64,000 nucleotides of DNA from Podospora anserina (lineage: Eukaryota), in the NCBI GenBank assembly GCA_017654855.1, contig CM030333.1:4464001-4528000 (forward strand). The letters run 5' to 3'. Made by a program: the position numbers and the translations under genes. This document shows positions 46,490 to 60,229 of this stretch, piece by piece. Under the pieces are notes generated by a model. The model was not told where the DNA came from and did not search any database. It saw only the letters and a program-made list of their open reading frames with translations. The stretch's first letter is position 1; every line of letters starts with the position of its first letter.

Positions 46490-49400
46490 ACATGCTGCCA
46501 TCATTTTTTGTTTCTTAATAGTATCGCCTTGATTGTTTTTTGGCGTTAAGACTCGAAATACAGAGATTTTGGATATGGCTCAGGGCCTAATTCACATGTA
46601 TTCTATGCAGCCACTTTTTTTTTTGTTTTTTTTTTTTGCTTTTTGGCTGTTATTGCAAGACAGCAGTTGCGCGGTGGTTCTGGGTAGCGGTGGGAAACGG
46701 GCTACGGAGAATTATACCCCTGGATTTTTCCTTGTTTTTTTTATGGTTCATTTACAATCACTTTATGACTTTTATATCTGTCATGTACACACGAGGTATG
46801 ATGGGAACTCGAGTTACAGCTTTGATGCGACATCGAGTTCGGACTTTTCTTTATGTTTATTTTGGATTAAACCTGAGACATTCTTGTCCTTCAAAAAGTT
46901 TCCAGGGGTTTGGGATATTTATGTCTCATAGTAACCGGGAGGGCTGGTAAAAGTCAACTGGGATAAAATCAGGTAGTCCTGACCTCATAGCAATAGCTAT
47001 GGAGTTTCAATGGATGCATTAATTGCAATCTCTCACACAGAGTTTGGATCATCTCTTATTTGCAATCATTGCCTGCCGCTTTCTGAGGCCATCCCAGGTT
47101 CCAGATCCCTCAGTCAACCCGTGCCGCATCATCATCAACCACAGCGTCGCACGCAACACGACGCTGACCACCTCCTGTCCAGGAACCCGGGGCCCTGCTG
47201 CGCCGCCCAACAGCAAACGAGAGCCTCATGACACGGTGGAATTAAGTTACAATGATATAGACCAGGAAATCGGTCTCTTCAGCTGCGAACTAGCACCACC
47301 AAGACTTAATAATTATCAATTGAAATCCTACTGTGTATTTACCCCTCTGCTACCTGCCTTGCCATATCACACTCATGAGACAGCCTTGTCTCGTCTCATC
47401 CTTGGCCTTCCATTCTTCTCTGCATCCCCCGTTGCTTCTTTCTGCCTGCATACGGATGTCACTGATGGGCATGTTTGAAACACGATTCTGGTCACAAATC
47501 ACACAAGGGCCTGGGTGCCGATCTCAGATCTTGATCGAATTTTTCTTTTTGCTTTTTTTGAGATGCGAATCAAACCCGCATGTCCCACCACACTGAGATT
47601 TCTTTTTTTTCCTTGTGTGTCTTCAAACGGCTTCGATCTTGTTTGCGCTTTTTGCGGCGGCAGGCTGCAGAGGAAATGTTCCGATCACTTTTCGGGGTCG
47701 GGAACGCGCGGGGACATAGGATCGTGGTTTTGACTCTCGATCGAGACACAAAAGAACTTGCAGATTTGTTCATGTCGTCAAATTGAATTGATCATAAAGA
47801 AAAAATTGCAAAGGATAATAGGTGGTGTTGTGTTTGCTTGTGATGCTCGCGTTGTGCTTGCCGAGATAGTTGACTATGGCAAGATAAACAAACTACTATT
47901 GCTATATGCCTTGCAAGAGGTTGCAGATCTGTTAGTGAGACATCATCTTACTCAACTCCACCCATACACCACTCACCACCCAGCCTCCAAACACATTCGG
48001 GAACAAAAAAAATCCCAAGCCTGTGGTTCATGACAGGTTGACAATTTCGGCAGCGTCGAAACCATCCCGAGAAATCCCAGAAACTTTTCTTTCCCGCCAT
48101 AAGCGATAACCGCGGACTGGAAGCAACTGTTAAAAGCCTGATATTTTCTGACACATCATCAATCCCTCCAAATCCTACACATGTATGTATGTTCAGCTTC
48201 GAACAAAAAAGAGCGCAATCTCACCATAATCATCAGATCATTCACTTCCCATTTCGTTCTGCGGAGGACTTCCCAACCAAGCAATTTCTTCTTCCTTCTC
48301 TTTCCCCAATTCCACTGTAACCCTCACCCAAGAAAAGAAGCAACACACCAAAGTCTGGGGAAATCTGGCTCCAATCGCCGTTGTCTCCATCAAAGACCCC
48401 ATAACGATGTCACATTCCCCAGAGAACCCACTGCGGAAAGGCTCCGTTTGGGAGGATAGAATCCATAATTTTATTCTGACCGCGCCGGCGAACTTGGTCT
48501 CTGGGAGTTGATCACTGGGCAGGCGATGAGATGGCGAATTGATTTAAAGTAGATTCATATGCCTCTTGGCCTTTTTGGTTGACAAAACTCCTCGGCATCG
48601 TCGGATCACGATTCCCAGGGAATTTTGTCCCTCAGCTCTTCCTCTGGGTCTTGGTATCGGCGATGTTACTTCAGTCCAAAAACCCCACAACACCGTTTCT
48701 CTGACCGTTTTTTGAGGATGTAAAACTGTCGCACTTCCCCAATTCATCACCACCACCACCACCATCAGGCAACCTACCTGCGACCGCCTTAAACGACCAC
48801 ACCACACCATCACTATAACCTTTGCATCTTTCCAGTCCGCTTCCGAATTTCCCATACCTGCCCTCCCCCTATCCCTCCTATTCTCCTGCGTCAAATCTGG
48901 CAGCTTACCTTTGCATCCAAATTACCCTGCTTGCTTTTGCTTGCTTGCTTGCGTTTCACCCGCCCAGCAGCAGCTGCTATATCCCACAGGAAGAGAGAGG
49001 GGCGAATGTTGTAAAACAACACACACTTCAGGTTCGCTTCCGCGGGGGATAGATTGATTACCACCCAACCCTTCTTCTGTGTCGTTTTTGCCCCCCTTCC
49101 ACCCAAATAGTTTGAGTGGGGGGTCGCTCTTAACTCAGCCAGCCACAACCCCAGCAGTCCGGCTCGCCCGTTCTCAGTTGTGGTCTGAGGGATAGCTACC
49201 TTATGTAGAACAAACGTCCCAGAATTTTGGGGCGAAGGGAGGTGGTTCTTGGATAGGATATACTCACCAGCAAACTGAGCTGGGTAGCACACGCTCTTTG
49301 GTCGTACCGGGTCATTAGTTGACTTTCCCCGGTTATACCTGTTTTATGGACTGTTGTGATGGTGCGACGAAAAAAATTGGCTTGTCAACAATGCAGTCGG

Positions 49401-49793
49401 CGGGTGGATACATGGAGAGAAGAAAGCCCGTCTAGTGTTACCTTTGAAAGCTCTGATGCTCAAACCCAGAGAGCTCCGAAAATCCCGGAAAGAACAGACA
49501 TGGCAGCCGGCGAATCAAACAATCGTCCTTCAATGTTGCTTGAAAGCAGCTGAAAGAGACGAGGGGTGTTGGCACGATGATATTGGCCGAGATATGCTTC
49601 CCCTGGGCAACCAAACTATACCCCCTGAATTGGTGGTGCGCGTGGACAACTTTCCCATTCAGCCCTGCTTGTGAAAGCCTGTTCGTTCTGTACGTTAACA
49701 CCCTTACCACAAAATAGTTGATACACACAAGTAGGTTAATCCATATCATATTCTAACATTATGCTACGAAGGATAGTTAGTATGTCTTTAAAA

Positions 49794-49848
49794 TATCTCT
49801 AAAGGCCTATTAGCTATCTTGAAAGGCCTATTAACTATCTTTAAAGGC
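49794..49848. repeat. Short AT-rich tandem repeat, about 2.6 copies of a 21-bp unit (AAAGGCCTATTARCTATCTTK)
   Basis: aaaggcctattagctatcttg / aaaggcctattaactatcttt / aaaggc read directly at 49801-49848, preceded by tatctct. Confidence 0.8.
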
Positions 49849-50014
49849 ATGGTTTACGATACCTATGATATGAGTCCATCTACTCTGGTGTGCCAATTAT
49901 TTCGTGGGGAGGGTGGATCATAGGGGGTTCGACGAAATCAAAGCCGTAGGATGCGTTGATTGGTAGCCCCCCGAACCAAAGGTCTCACCAGATGGTTCAC
50001 CGTTTTTGTTCCTT

Positions 50015-53000
50015 CTACCCCCCCAACCTCCCCCCAGCCTGTACATACTCCCCCCAACTCTCCCCTCCCAGCACATCCCCCCCATGAATCATCTCCTCCC
50101 CCTCCTCCTCCCCTCCATTCCCCCCTCCCCTTCCTCCCTCAGGATACTCAACTACAGCCCCCTTCTCCCGCACCCTCTCCACAAACTCAAACCCAACCCT
50201 CAAGTTCTCCGTCCCGCTCAGCGCCCTCGCAACCAACCCCTCACACCTCTCCGCCACCAACCTCCTGAGCCCACTCACCAAAAACTCTGCTATCGTCTCC
50301 ACAGGCCAACCATCCGGTATCACCTCCAACACCTCCAAAATATCAAACCAGCCCCCGAATCTCTCCAGCAAATTCCCCGTGCGCTCCACCCTCTCCTCTG
50401 GGTCCTCCAACGCCAAAAACTCGCCGAGCAATGACTTGAAAAGTTGTACCTGCTCCTCGTACGTAGGCGGGAGGGAGCTATCGCTATCGCGGCGTTTGTT
50501 CCGACTACCAGGTGACAGCGCCGCGCCGCCACGGATACAGTACGAGACTGCAGTGTCGTAGTCTCCCAGGCGGTGGACTAACAACCGCAAGGCATCGCGA
50601 TGTTGCCTTGCGCGGCCGGCGAGGATGATCGATTCTGGTACGAGGAGCTGATGGCGGAGTGTGTTGACCCCGTTGTTGTTGGAGTCTTCGTGACCGTTGG
50701 GTTGCGGGATGGTAGATAGCGAGTCGTCTATCCTGGCGCGGATGGCTGTCGCGTTGTAGTCGTGTCCACCGGATAGTAACTGGAGCAGCCGTAACCGGCT
50801 CTGCCAGACCTCGCTGTTGGGTGGGGTGTTGTCTGATAGGAAGCGGAGGTAAGTTGGTTTAGGGGGGTGGAGGGCACGGTAGGCTTCATAAGAGGCGGCG
50901 ACCATCTCCCGGGTTTCTTCGGAGGACTGCAAGTCGGTGATGACGATGTCGAGGTAGTACGTGATGAGCTCGTTGACGTAGGCGGTATTGCCTTTGCCGA
51001 AGACGAGGTGCTCGAGGTAGTATGCCACTGCGTCAGGGGCTTCTTCTCGCAAGAGAGCGACGACTTGGCCATGCTCGAATCCGGGAAACCTCCCCTTTTC
51101 GTCTGCGAATACTTGAACACCGAGCTTGGGGTTGCGGGCGGCCAGCCAGATGGCATATTCCTGGACAAGAGCCTGGTTGCTGATGTTGGAGAGGTAGCTC
51201 CGGATCCGTTGCTCGCCATCCCCAAGCTCGCCGCCCTTGTCCTCTTCCCCTTCCATGATGCGTCTCCATGTTGCGAGAACTTCGCCTGCCATTTTCTTGT
51301 GTTGGTAGAGACGGCTGAGCACAAAAAGTCTCTGGTAGGTCTCTAGTAAGTCCACCGCGCGGTCGAAACAATCCACACCATGATCAACAAGATCATAAAG
51401 TTCCTTGCGGACAGAGCCGCTTCTTCCGAGCTGACCCAAGGGCGTTTCCTTGTCCAGCTCTAGAAGTACCACAAGAAGAGATGCATCAACAGTTCTGAAG
51501 ACCTCATCAGATACGCTCCCAAACCCCTTCTTTTTCCTGGTTGCCGTGAGGAACCGGCGAAGAAACTGGAGGACATTAGACGCCAATGAACTGACGCCCT
51601 GATTCTCTAATCCATCCTGTTCACGGGATATATACTCCTCCACGACAGTTTTGATGCCCCCATATATCCAGATTCCTCGTCTGCTGACAATGATCTCGTT
51701 CCGGAGAGCGGGTATAAGCGACAAGACAACTCTAGCGTCCAAGTCGCCATCAAGAAGATGCTCTTCCATTGCTGCCGTCTGACCTTCAGTGAAAGGTGTC
51801 TCTGTCGACGTCAGAAAAGCAACAAGAAGCATGACGCTAGCCCGCTGCTTGATATACCCCAGCGTCAAAAATTCAAGCTCCATCTTCGGTTCCCGCCCCT
51901 TTATAGTCTCTAAAAGTGAGAATATCCGTAATCTGGTTTCAAGCGTGGTTGGCTGAGACTGCTGCTCCCGTGATGCTGCTGCGTCCAAGGCAGCCTCTAA
52001 TTGCACAAGCAGAGGATTTCGAACCGCCCACCATATATTCGCCCCAGCCCATACGGCTAGTCTGGATGAGGTCTTCGCCAGCCTCCGGACAAAGTCCTCG
52101 CCTTCTTTATTGCGATTAGTCTCCCATTCTGGTGGGAGCACCTCGTCATCCGACTCGTCACGGTTGAAGAGTTCTTGTTCCTGTGTTAGCCGTTGAAGGG
52201 AAAGCGCGGTGCGGGAGTCGTTACTTTTTAGCGATACCGTTGGTGTGGTAGATTGTCCCCTGAATGGCGAGAATCGTCTCTGGCACAGCCGCTGTACAAT
52301 CTGCTCAAAGTGCATCTCCTCGCTCTGCAGCAGAGAGCGGATGCCTATGGGTGTATTTCCTGGCGCCTCGTTCGAAACTGTGTTGTCCACCTCCAACCAC
52401 CATTTTTCTGGCTCGTCCTCGCCAACATTCACATCAAAGCGTTGAATTTCCAGCCCATTATGCAACCCATCCTCGAGCTCTTTAGCCATGGACGCAAGAA
52501 CATAGCCTTCCTCTGCCTCACCAAGAGATGGGCGTGATGATGACGGGTCAATAAGTCCACCATCAACCACAATTTCACGTGGATACCTGTCGAATTCCAA
52601 CGTCGGCCTTGTTGGATCACCGTCGAGATTCACAAACATGCCAATACCCGGGTCAAGAGGGCCGGTGCCCGTCACGAGAAGAAACTCTTCTGTGGTTGGT
52701 GATACTATGAGAGGTTTCAACAATACAGTCTCAGGCCTTGCTGGTGACATTGTTCGGGAAGGTGGATTTGCACCGGCAGCTTGTGCTGCTGATACCGCCT
52801 GGGGCTGCGGTGATCGGTTCTGCTGGGCCCGATTTGGGCCATCTTCTCCTGGCGCCGGGCTGCGCGTCGGTGTTGGCGCATCCGTATCTTGGAAGACAGG
52901 ATCTTCAGTTTCCCCTTGCCGTCGTTGTATACCCCTCGAGATGAAATCGCCCAAGCTTGTGCTCCTAGAATGCCCATGTGCATCAGTAGGTGGCCGAGGC

Positions 53001-53859
53001 GAGGCCGTAGAAGCACTCCTGAAAAGACCTCCATCTGGCGGCCCAGCAATGTTTTGGGCCTGCCCGAAGGGACCTCCTGGCTGTGAGTCGTCAAGTGATG
53101 ATATGCTCATGAGCGGGATCTTCAGCTGCCGGTCGATATCCACCAATGCATAGCTTCTCGAGTCCGCCACACATGCAAACGAGTCCCTACGTACAGATAG
53201 TGTGCTCCCGGCATAGTCGATGGTTCGGTATACACGTGGAGCATCATCTCCAATCCTCACTACTCTGATCTTGCGGTTCAAGTGCAGTAGTATCGTAACA
53301 GATCCTGATCTGTCGTGCCCCGGCCCAGTCAAGTCCTCGTTCAGATCAACTCCACCGATCCAATTGCAATTCCTGACCGTGGTTCCAAATACTGGGCTTA
53401 GTTCTGGAAGTGAATAGAATGATACGGTTGAGTTGCACAACACACATGCCTTGGCGACGCGGGGCAGCAGGAGAATCTGCTGGACACCAGGCCGTGAGCC
53501 ATTCGATGAGCCGTTGGTATCTGAGGATGCTGGTTTCAGTCGCGAGGCGAGAATAAACGTGGGATTTTGGTTCGAGTCGGCGGGGTCTGGTGGGATGCCA
53601 AAGAAGTGAAGCAATTCAGAAGCAGTAGTGCCAACATAGAGGTTTCCGTCTGATGATTGGAGACAGTGTCAGCTGCTAATCCACACAGAGGCTGGTACTG
53701 GAATAGCGTACCCAAGTATTCCACGCAGTTGATCTGGATATCCTCCTCGTCACCATTTTCTGACAGGGGGACGCCATGGAGCAGCGGGCGCAAATCGAAG
53801 GGTCCTATACCAGGCGGCGCTGTGGTTGCCCTGTGGTTCCTGTGCCGTTCAGATGCCAT
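50015..53859 (-). CDS. CNH-domain Vps3/TGFBRAP1 (Vps39-related) CORVET/HOPS-type tethering subunit; intron 53650-53711
   Basis: INCVEYLDGNLYVGTTASELLHF, GMFVNLDGDPTRPTL, long helical C-half, ALRLLVHRLGDYDTAVSYC, WFDILEVLEVIPDGW. Confidence 0.85.
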
Positions 53860-54289
53860 GGCCTCTCGCGCGACATCGTCGCCGTTTCTGGGAAGATGCT
53901 GCGAATACAGTAGGCACCGGTGGTCGTCAACACCCTCGTATCGTCGTTATATCGAGAAACTTGCTACGGAGAGGCTGACTTCTTGATGTGCCTTGTGGCA
54001 GGAAGCTTCCAAGTAGGAGTGCGCCCATTGCACCCCTGTAGCTCACCTGCCAGGTCCCACACATGGGGCTGGGGTGACGAAGCTCCCCCAACTGCATGGA
54101 ACGGCCCCACGGCTCGGGCCAAAGTCTTGGCGCCTCACACAGTCCCTGAGCGGCCACCTTTCCAGCTGTTCAGCAGCCGAAACATCAACCTCCAAACCAT
54201 AACAACATTAATGCTTGCCACACCTCAACACGGCATCCGCTGCCGTCCCCGATAGCTAATCTAGTAATCGCGCCTACAAACACCACGTA

Positions 54290-56694
54290 ATGGCAGAAGA
54301 CACCCCATCAGAAGCTCCCGCCGCGGCGGCTGCCACCGCGCCGGCGACCACGACGACGACAACGTCAACCAATGAATCAGTCAACAAGTTCCAAAACGCT
54401 ATCTCGCAATGGAGAAGTAGGCTCATTTCTAGATTCCGAGTTTGAAATCAGCACGTGTCTGACTTGCTGCTCCATCAGGTCTCGATTTCACGAGCCTTGT
54501 CTCGACCCTCGACAACACAGCCTCCGAAATCGTTGCCTACCAGCGAGACTCGACAGTACAGAGAAAAGACCTTGCGTCAAAGACCAAAGAATTCCGAAAG
54601 CTGGATGATGCGAGCAAGCTTTCTGAAGTCAAGGGTTTGCTAAAGGGTAAGTTGGGATTTTGGTGTTTTGGTCCTGGCTCAAGGGAGGAAGTTGGGGGCT
54701 AACAGGGACTCTGCTCAGCTTACCAGACGTTCATTGATCTTCTAACCAACCATTCGAAATCTGTCAACTCGGCCTTTTTGCACGCCTATACCTCCCTATC
54801 CGAAGCTCCCGATCCGTACCCATTGCTCGAGGCCTCGGTCGATTCTATGCTGGTGTCTGAAGACACCTTACCAAAGCTTAGTCAGGAGAACGAACACCTT
54901 CAGAAAACAGTGTCAAGCTTGACTGCCCAGCTCGAAGAGACCGAAACGAGACTGCAAACAGAGCGCGACTTGAGGAAGGGGTTGGAAGAGAACTTGGAGA
55001 CCAAGGTCAAGGAGGTTGAGGCATCCTGGACTGCGGTGCTGGAGGAGAAGCAGGACAACTGGGCTGCCAAGGAGAAGGCGTTGGAGGACAAGGTCGAGAA
55101 CCAGGATCGTCTTTTGAACGAGATCAAGGCCAGCTATGAAGTCAACCAGCGGTTGGGCAAGGGCGATGGAGAGGAGGGTCAAGGGGGCCATGTCACGAGC
55201 GCAGAGCTGGAGATGGTGCACTCGGATTTGGAGCGCACCAGCGCACGGCTTGCCGAGGTTGAGGCTCGCAACGAGCAGATGAGGCTGGAGCTGGCTCAAG
55301 CCAAGTCACAGGTTCCTACACAAGCTGCAATTTCATTGGAAGACGACCCCGGGTATATGAGGATGAGATCAGAGAATTCATCACTTATTCGAAAGCTGGA
55401 GGCGGCGCGCGTGGATAAGGAAGGGCTCAAGCGAGGTCTCGATACTAAACTGCGCGCTTTGGAGCGTGAAGTTGGCTTACTCAAAGAAGAGCGAGACAGT
55501 TTGAAGGCCAAGGTGCAAAAATGGAGTGATTATGACGAAGTAAAGCAAGAGCTGGAAGTGCTGAAGAGCATCGAGTTTGCCACTGGCGATGATGACGAAG
55601 TACGAGACATGTCCACAGACCAGAGCGGCGGACAAGGCAAAGGCACCCTTGAGCAGCTCCTTCTTGCGCGCAACAAGAAGCTGAGCGACGAACTCACCAT
55701 TCTCCGAGTGTCACACCAAGACCTTCAATCCAGGCTCCAAAACCTCCAAGAGGAGCTCTCCCGGACCAATGCTGAGCTGGAGAAGTCCCAGAACCTCAAC
55801 GAAAAGCTCGAAAACGAGCTCTCGACCATCCAAGCCGAGGCACCCAACGCGTTTCCTTCAGGCGCTTCCGTAGCAGGGACCTACGTCAGCCGTTACGCAC
55901 CTTCAATGGCGCCAGGCCGAAGACCAGGCGGAGGCAATGGGCGCACCTCCCCCACCTCCTCCATCATCAGCGGGTTCAACCCCGGCGGAGGCGGCTTTGA
56001 AGACAGACCCACGGGCGGCAGCAGCGGCGGTGGCATCCTACCCATGATCACGGCCCAGCGTGACCGCTTCAAGAAGCGCAACGCCCAGCTCGAGCAAGAA
56101 CTAAACGAAACCCACAAAACGGTCTCGCAGCTCCGTCAGGAAATCGCCGCTCTGCAACGCGACAATTTGAATCTTTATGAGAAAACCCGCTACGTATCTA
56201 CTTACAACCGTGCCGGGCCAGCGGTGGGGGCTTTGACGTCGTCGTCATCGGCCTATTCCAACCCGAACCCAAGTTCGGTGTCTATCGGTGGAGGAGGAGG
56301 GGGCGCACAAAGCCCGGGGATAGCGCTGGACCGGTACCGCAAGGCGTACGAGTCTAATATCTCTCCGTTTGCGGCGTTTAGGGGGAGGGAGTCGGCGAGG
56401 GCGTATAGGGGGTTGAGTTTCCCCGAGAGGGTGGTGTATTCGGTCACGAGGATGGTGCTGGCCACGAGGGCGAGCAGGAATTTGTTTGCGGTTTATTGTG
56501 TTGTTTTGCATATGATGGTGTTTTATAGCTTGTTTTGGATGGGGACGGGGGATGTGGATAGGCGGGTTGTTGCGGCGGCGGCGGTGGAGGTTGCGAGGAA
56601 TTTGGGGGGTGCGGCGGAGGATGTTGGGGATGGAGGAGGAGGGGGGAGTGGAGGGGGGACGGGGAGTTTGTCGGAACAGGGGTTTCAGACCTGA
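54290..56694 (+). CDS. COY1: CASP/Coy1 Golgi coiled-coil membrane protein; introns 54417-54478, 54647-54718
   Basis: RKDLASKTKEFRK, LLKAYQTFIDLLT, SLSEAPDPYPLL, ILPMITAQRDRFKKRNAQLE, DNLNLYEKTRY, YESNISPFAAF, C-terminal TM FAVYCVVLHMMVF. Confidence 0.92.
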
Positions 56695-59340
56695 TGATGG
56701 TGAGGTGGTGATGGTGGGAAGGTTTGGTGATCACTTTACAAGAGTTGGCGGTGTAGATGCGAGTCTGCTGGCCGTGAGAATGAACGACAGGCTGATGACG
56801 TGTATGTGTGGTAGTATACACGCGTCACGATTCTTTGGATTTAATCTTTAGACACCTTGATAACAGCGAGAATTGGCATGCAAATCACGGTTTGGCAAGT
56901 CCGGAGCCCAAGGAGTTGGCTGCGGACTATTGGGCCGAGGGCGGTTGCGGGAGGAAGAGGTGTGGTCGGTAGACTCCGGCGGGCGGCTGGATGATGCTCG
57001 GAACCGGAGATTGGCTGTGTTGGAAGGCTTTCTTGGTTGCACTGCGGTTTATGTGTGTGGGCCTGGAAAAGATGATGGGTGGCCTCATGTGGCGTCGTAC
57101 TGTTGTACCATATCATTTTCCTTAACAAGTTGTGAAAAGGGAAGGAGGTTTGATAATGGGACGGTGGGCGAAAGGTAGAAGAGATATGTTACCATGTTGT
57201 AATGAGTTTCTTGAGTATGGGTAACAATTTAGACCAGATTTGAAGGCTGGTGTTACAGTTTTGTGTGTTTGGGCTGTGTCCTGGTCCCTGGTGCTCGTGG
57301 GACTTGTATCTTCGGAACCAAGCTGAGCTCAGGCAACAAATGACCCTCGAATTCCCAGGTTCAAATCCCGTCTTTCCCAGGACAAGAAAATTTGTCTTTC
57401 TCCTCGGACTATTCAACCTTCCAAGAATCAAGGCATCTGCGGATGTGTCCAATATGTATGTGCCTGTGTGTGCGGTCCTGTGGACGACTTGCCCAAAGTC
57501 ATAGTGGGACTCAGCCAATCAAATCCCAGCATTCCCCTTACACAATTCGCCCGTCTGTTGTACAAGCGGCAGACAGTAGCTCGCTTGGATTTTAAACGCT
57601 GGCCAACTCTGCGGCCTGGTCTTCCATCCCGAGTGAGGTTGCGTTTTCCCGGCTTTCATGTCCCGTGGGCGCGTGGAACGGGCGGACTCAAGGTCGAGGA
57701 AGGTGGCCCATTACCTTGAGTTCGGTAGAGATGTCAGTGTGGAAGGTGTAAACGGTTGGCCATCGGGTTGCAGGAGAGCCAAGCTTCTCTCCCGCGGCTA
57801 GGGACTTGCGGGGAGGTCATCACCAATTGAATGCTCTTGGAATTATTCCCCATCGGAAGATTCCGCTGGTTGGATTTTGTGGTCTTCTGCAGGTTGTTGA
57901 AACGAAACAAAAGAAGCATGCAGAGCAACTGCATCGTGAGTTGTTCGGATTTTCCTATCTTACGCTGGAATGAATCCCTCAAGGAGGCATGATTGGCATC
58001 CAGAAATCTAAAAGAACGCCGGATACTGAAGCTTCCGTGAGCACTCCTTCCATCGACAAGGAAGGAGACTGTTGGCAGCGCAAAAATAGGCGCGGACGCG
58101 CAGAAAGAAATCTGGTGAAGCAGATTTGCCCAGAAATTTACCCGCGATTTTGGTCGTTAAAGGAGGGGGAAGGTAATCTGGATAGGCGACCTTCCGTATG
58201 CAACATTGACGGCGAGGGAAGACGGCTGTTGGACAGCAGGGTCGACCGAAGAGAGCTAAATAGATGAAAGGGTGCACCGGCGGCTAAAAGCTTGGTGTTG
58301 ACAGGGGAAGACACGGAAGGTATTTTGGGTAAAAATAGCTGTGCCGCGGTGTAAGCCAGCCAATGAGGTGAGTAAGAATGTGGGTTAATAAAAGTGATTG
58401 CATGCCATAGCGGGCAAATTTTCCCAATATTGCCTTTGGGGGGTGGAAGATCATTAGGTGTACGCCTCACGCCCTTCTAGAATTTCGAGATTTGTCCCAA
58501 TGTTTGGGAGATCATCGTTGAAGTTGTTAGAGTTGTCGCTGGTCTTGTGGGTAAAGGGAATTAGTGGATAGTAGATTCCGATGAGCCGGATGATCAACGA
58601 TGGAATGCCCAAGACAGGGACTGTCTCCATGTTGTTAAACGGTGGTGGGATGAGGTCTGCCAGGGACATCAATTTACACGCTCCACACACCCCTCATTGC
58701 CAAGGGTGTTTGAATTAACTCTGGTGGAAGCGCACGGTCCCAGCGCTTGCAAGACGGGCGGCCAGGGTCTGACAGACAGGGGTTATCCAACCCCTCCAAT
58801 GTCGATGTCGATCTCCATCAACCATTCAGAAGACAGCATCCCACCTCTGAGCATGTCTTGTCGTCGTCGTAACTGGGTCTTCGGCGGCTGCTCATCGGGA
58901 CCAGCGACTACGTGCGTCTTCGGCCACGGCACCGGGGGCACACGTCTTTCTCTTCCCGCCTCCCGCCTTGCCAAATATGGGAAGGACGGGTGCTACCCTC
59001 CAGCATATCGAGGCGGTTGGCCGGCCTTTGTGCGCGCCTGTTGTTTCTCGTGGCTTTTGTATATAGCCCATCTTGTTTCCCCAATGATGGCGTTCGTGAT
59101 CTGCTCTACACCACATCCCCTTGCATGAAACATCTGGTCTAGTTCAGACCTTGTTTTCCTTTTCAGTTTTCCATATCTTTCTTTGGTCTCTCTGCTTGGG
59201 TTTCTCTTTTGGGTTTCCTTTCTTTCTTTGTGATACCCATCGACGACCAGACTCGGCTTATTCAATAGTCGATCTACCATACCATACAACTCCACCAATC
59301 GAGCTCACCTTCTACTCCCACCACCAGCACACAAATCACC

Positions 59341-60229
59341 ATGCGCTGCCCACTCCTCCTAGTCCCTGCGCTCAGCGCTTCTACCTGGGCAGCTCCCGCT
59401 TTCCCCAAATTCACCGCCGCTCTTGCTCCCAATATCCAGGCCATCTCAGATTACTTCAACATCCTGGCGACCAAGGTCCAAGAAAACCGGGCAGCAGGGT
59501 CGGCACCTATCTGCGACCTTTCAAAGCTTTCTCTTCCAATCGGTAAGAGCATCACGCACTCGGCAGTTCTGTGAGACATACTAACCCAACAACAGAGGCT
59601 GAACCCCTTGGTCAACCAACACCTGGTCTCTACCTCAAGCATGTCGCGATTGGCCGCGGAACACAAAACTACACATGCGATCTCAGCAACTCCACTGCCG
59701 TGCCACAAGCATTCGGCGCCCTTGCCACCCTTTACAACGCCTCATGTGTCACATCAGCCTTTCCTGACGTGAGCGCCATGCTTACCCGCGCGTCACTGCA
59801 CTTTGATGTTGCCGACAATGACGCTCTTCAAAGACTCGCCCCCGCGGATCTCCCCGTAAGCGGCATCCACTACTTTACCGACGGCACCACCCCTTTCTTC
59901 GGCCTAGATACCCCCCAATGGCACCTGGGCGAGGGCACCTTCGGCAAGAACGCCAGCACTGCGGCGCCGCTGACTGCCGCCAAGGGCAAGAAGGGAGAGG
60001 CTGCTGTTCCATGGCTCAGACTGGCAGCCAAGGGTACCAACACTGGTGGTCTTCAAGAGGTCTATCGTCTTGAGACTGTCGGTGGCAGCGCTCCTGCAAC
60101 TTGCAAGGGGATGCCAGCGTCGTTTGAGATTCAATATTCCACACAGTGAGTAGCCCTCAAGGTTCTCAAGAAACACTAAATCAGTAAAACTAACTTTGAA
60201 ATAGATACTGGTTCTACGCCTCTTCATAA
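59341..60229 (+). CDS. Secreted DUF3455-type protein (often labelled 'malate dehydrogenase'); introns 59543-59595, 60146-60204
   Basis: Signal peptide MRCPLLLVPALSASTWA; HVAIGRGTQNYTC, GIHYF, AVPWLRL, EVYRLETVGGSAPATC, QYWFY. Confidence 0.88.

Noticed and set aside
57300-57380. GGTTCAAATCCC...CCA tRNA-like 3' end
   Set aside because: Mismatched T-stem and no complementary 5' acceptor strand.
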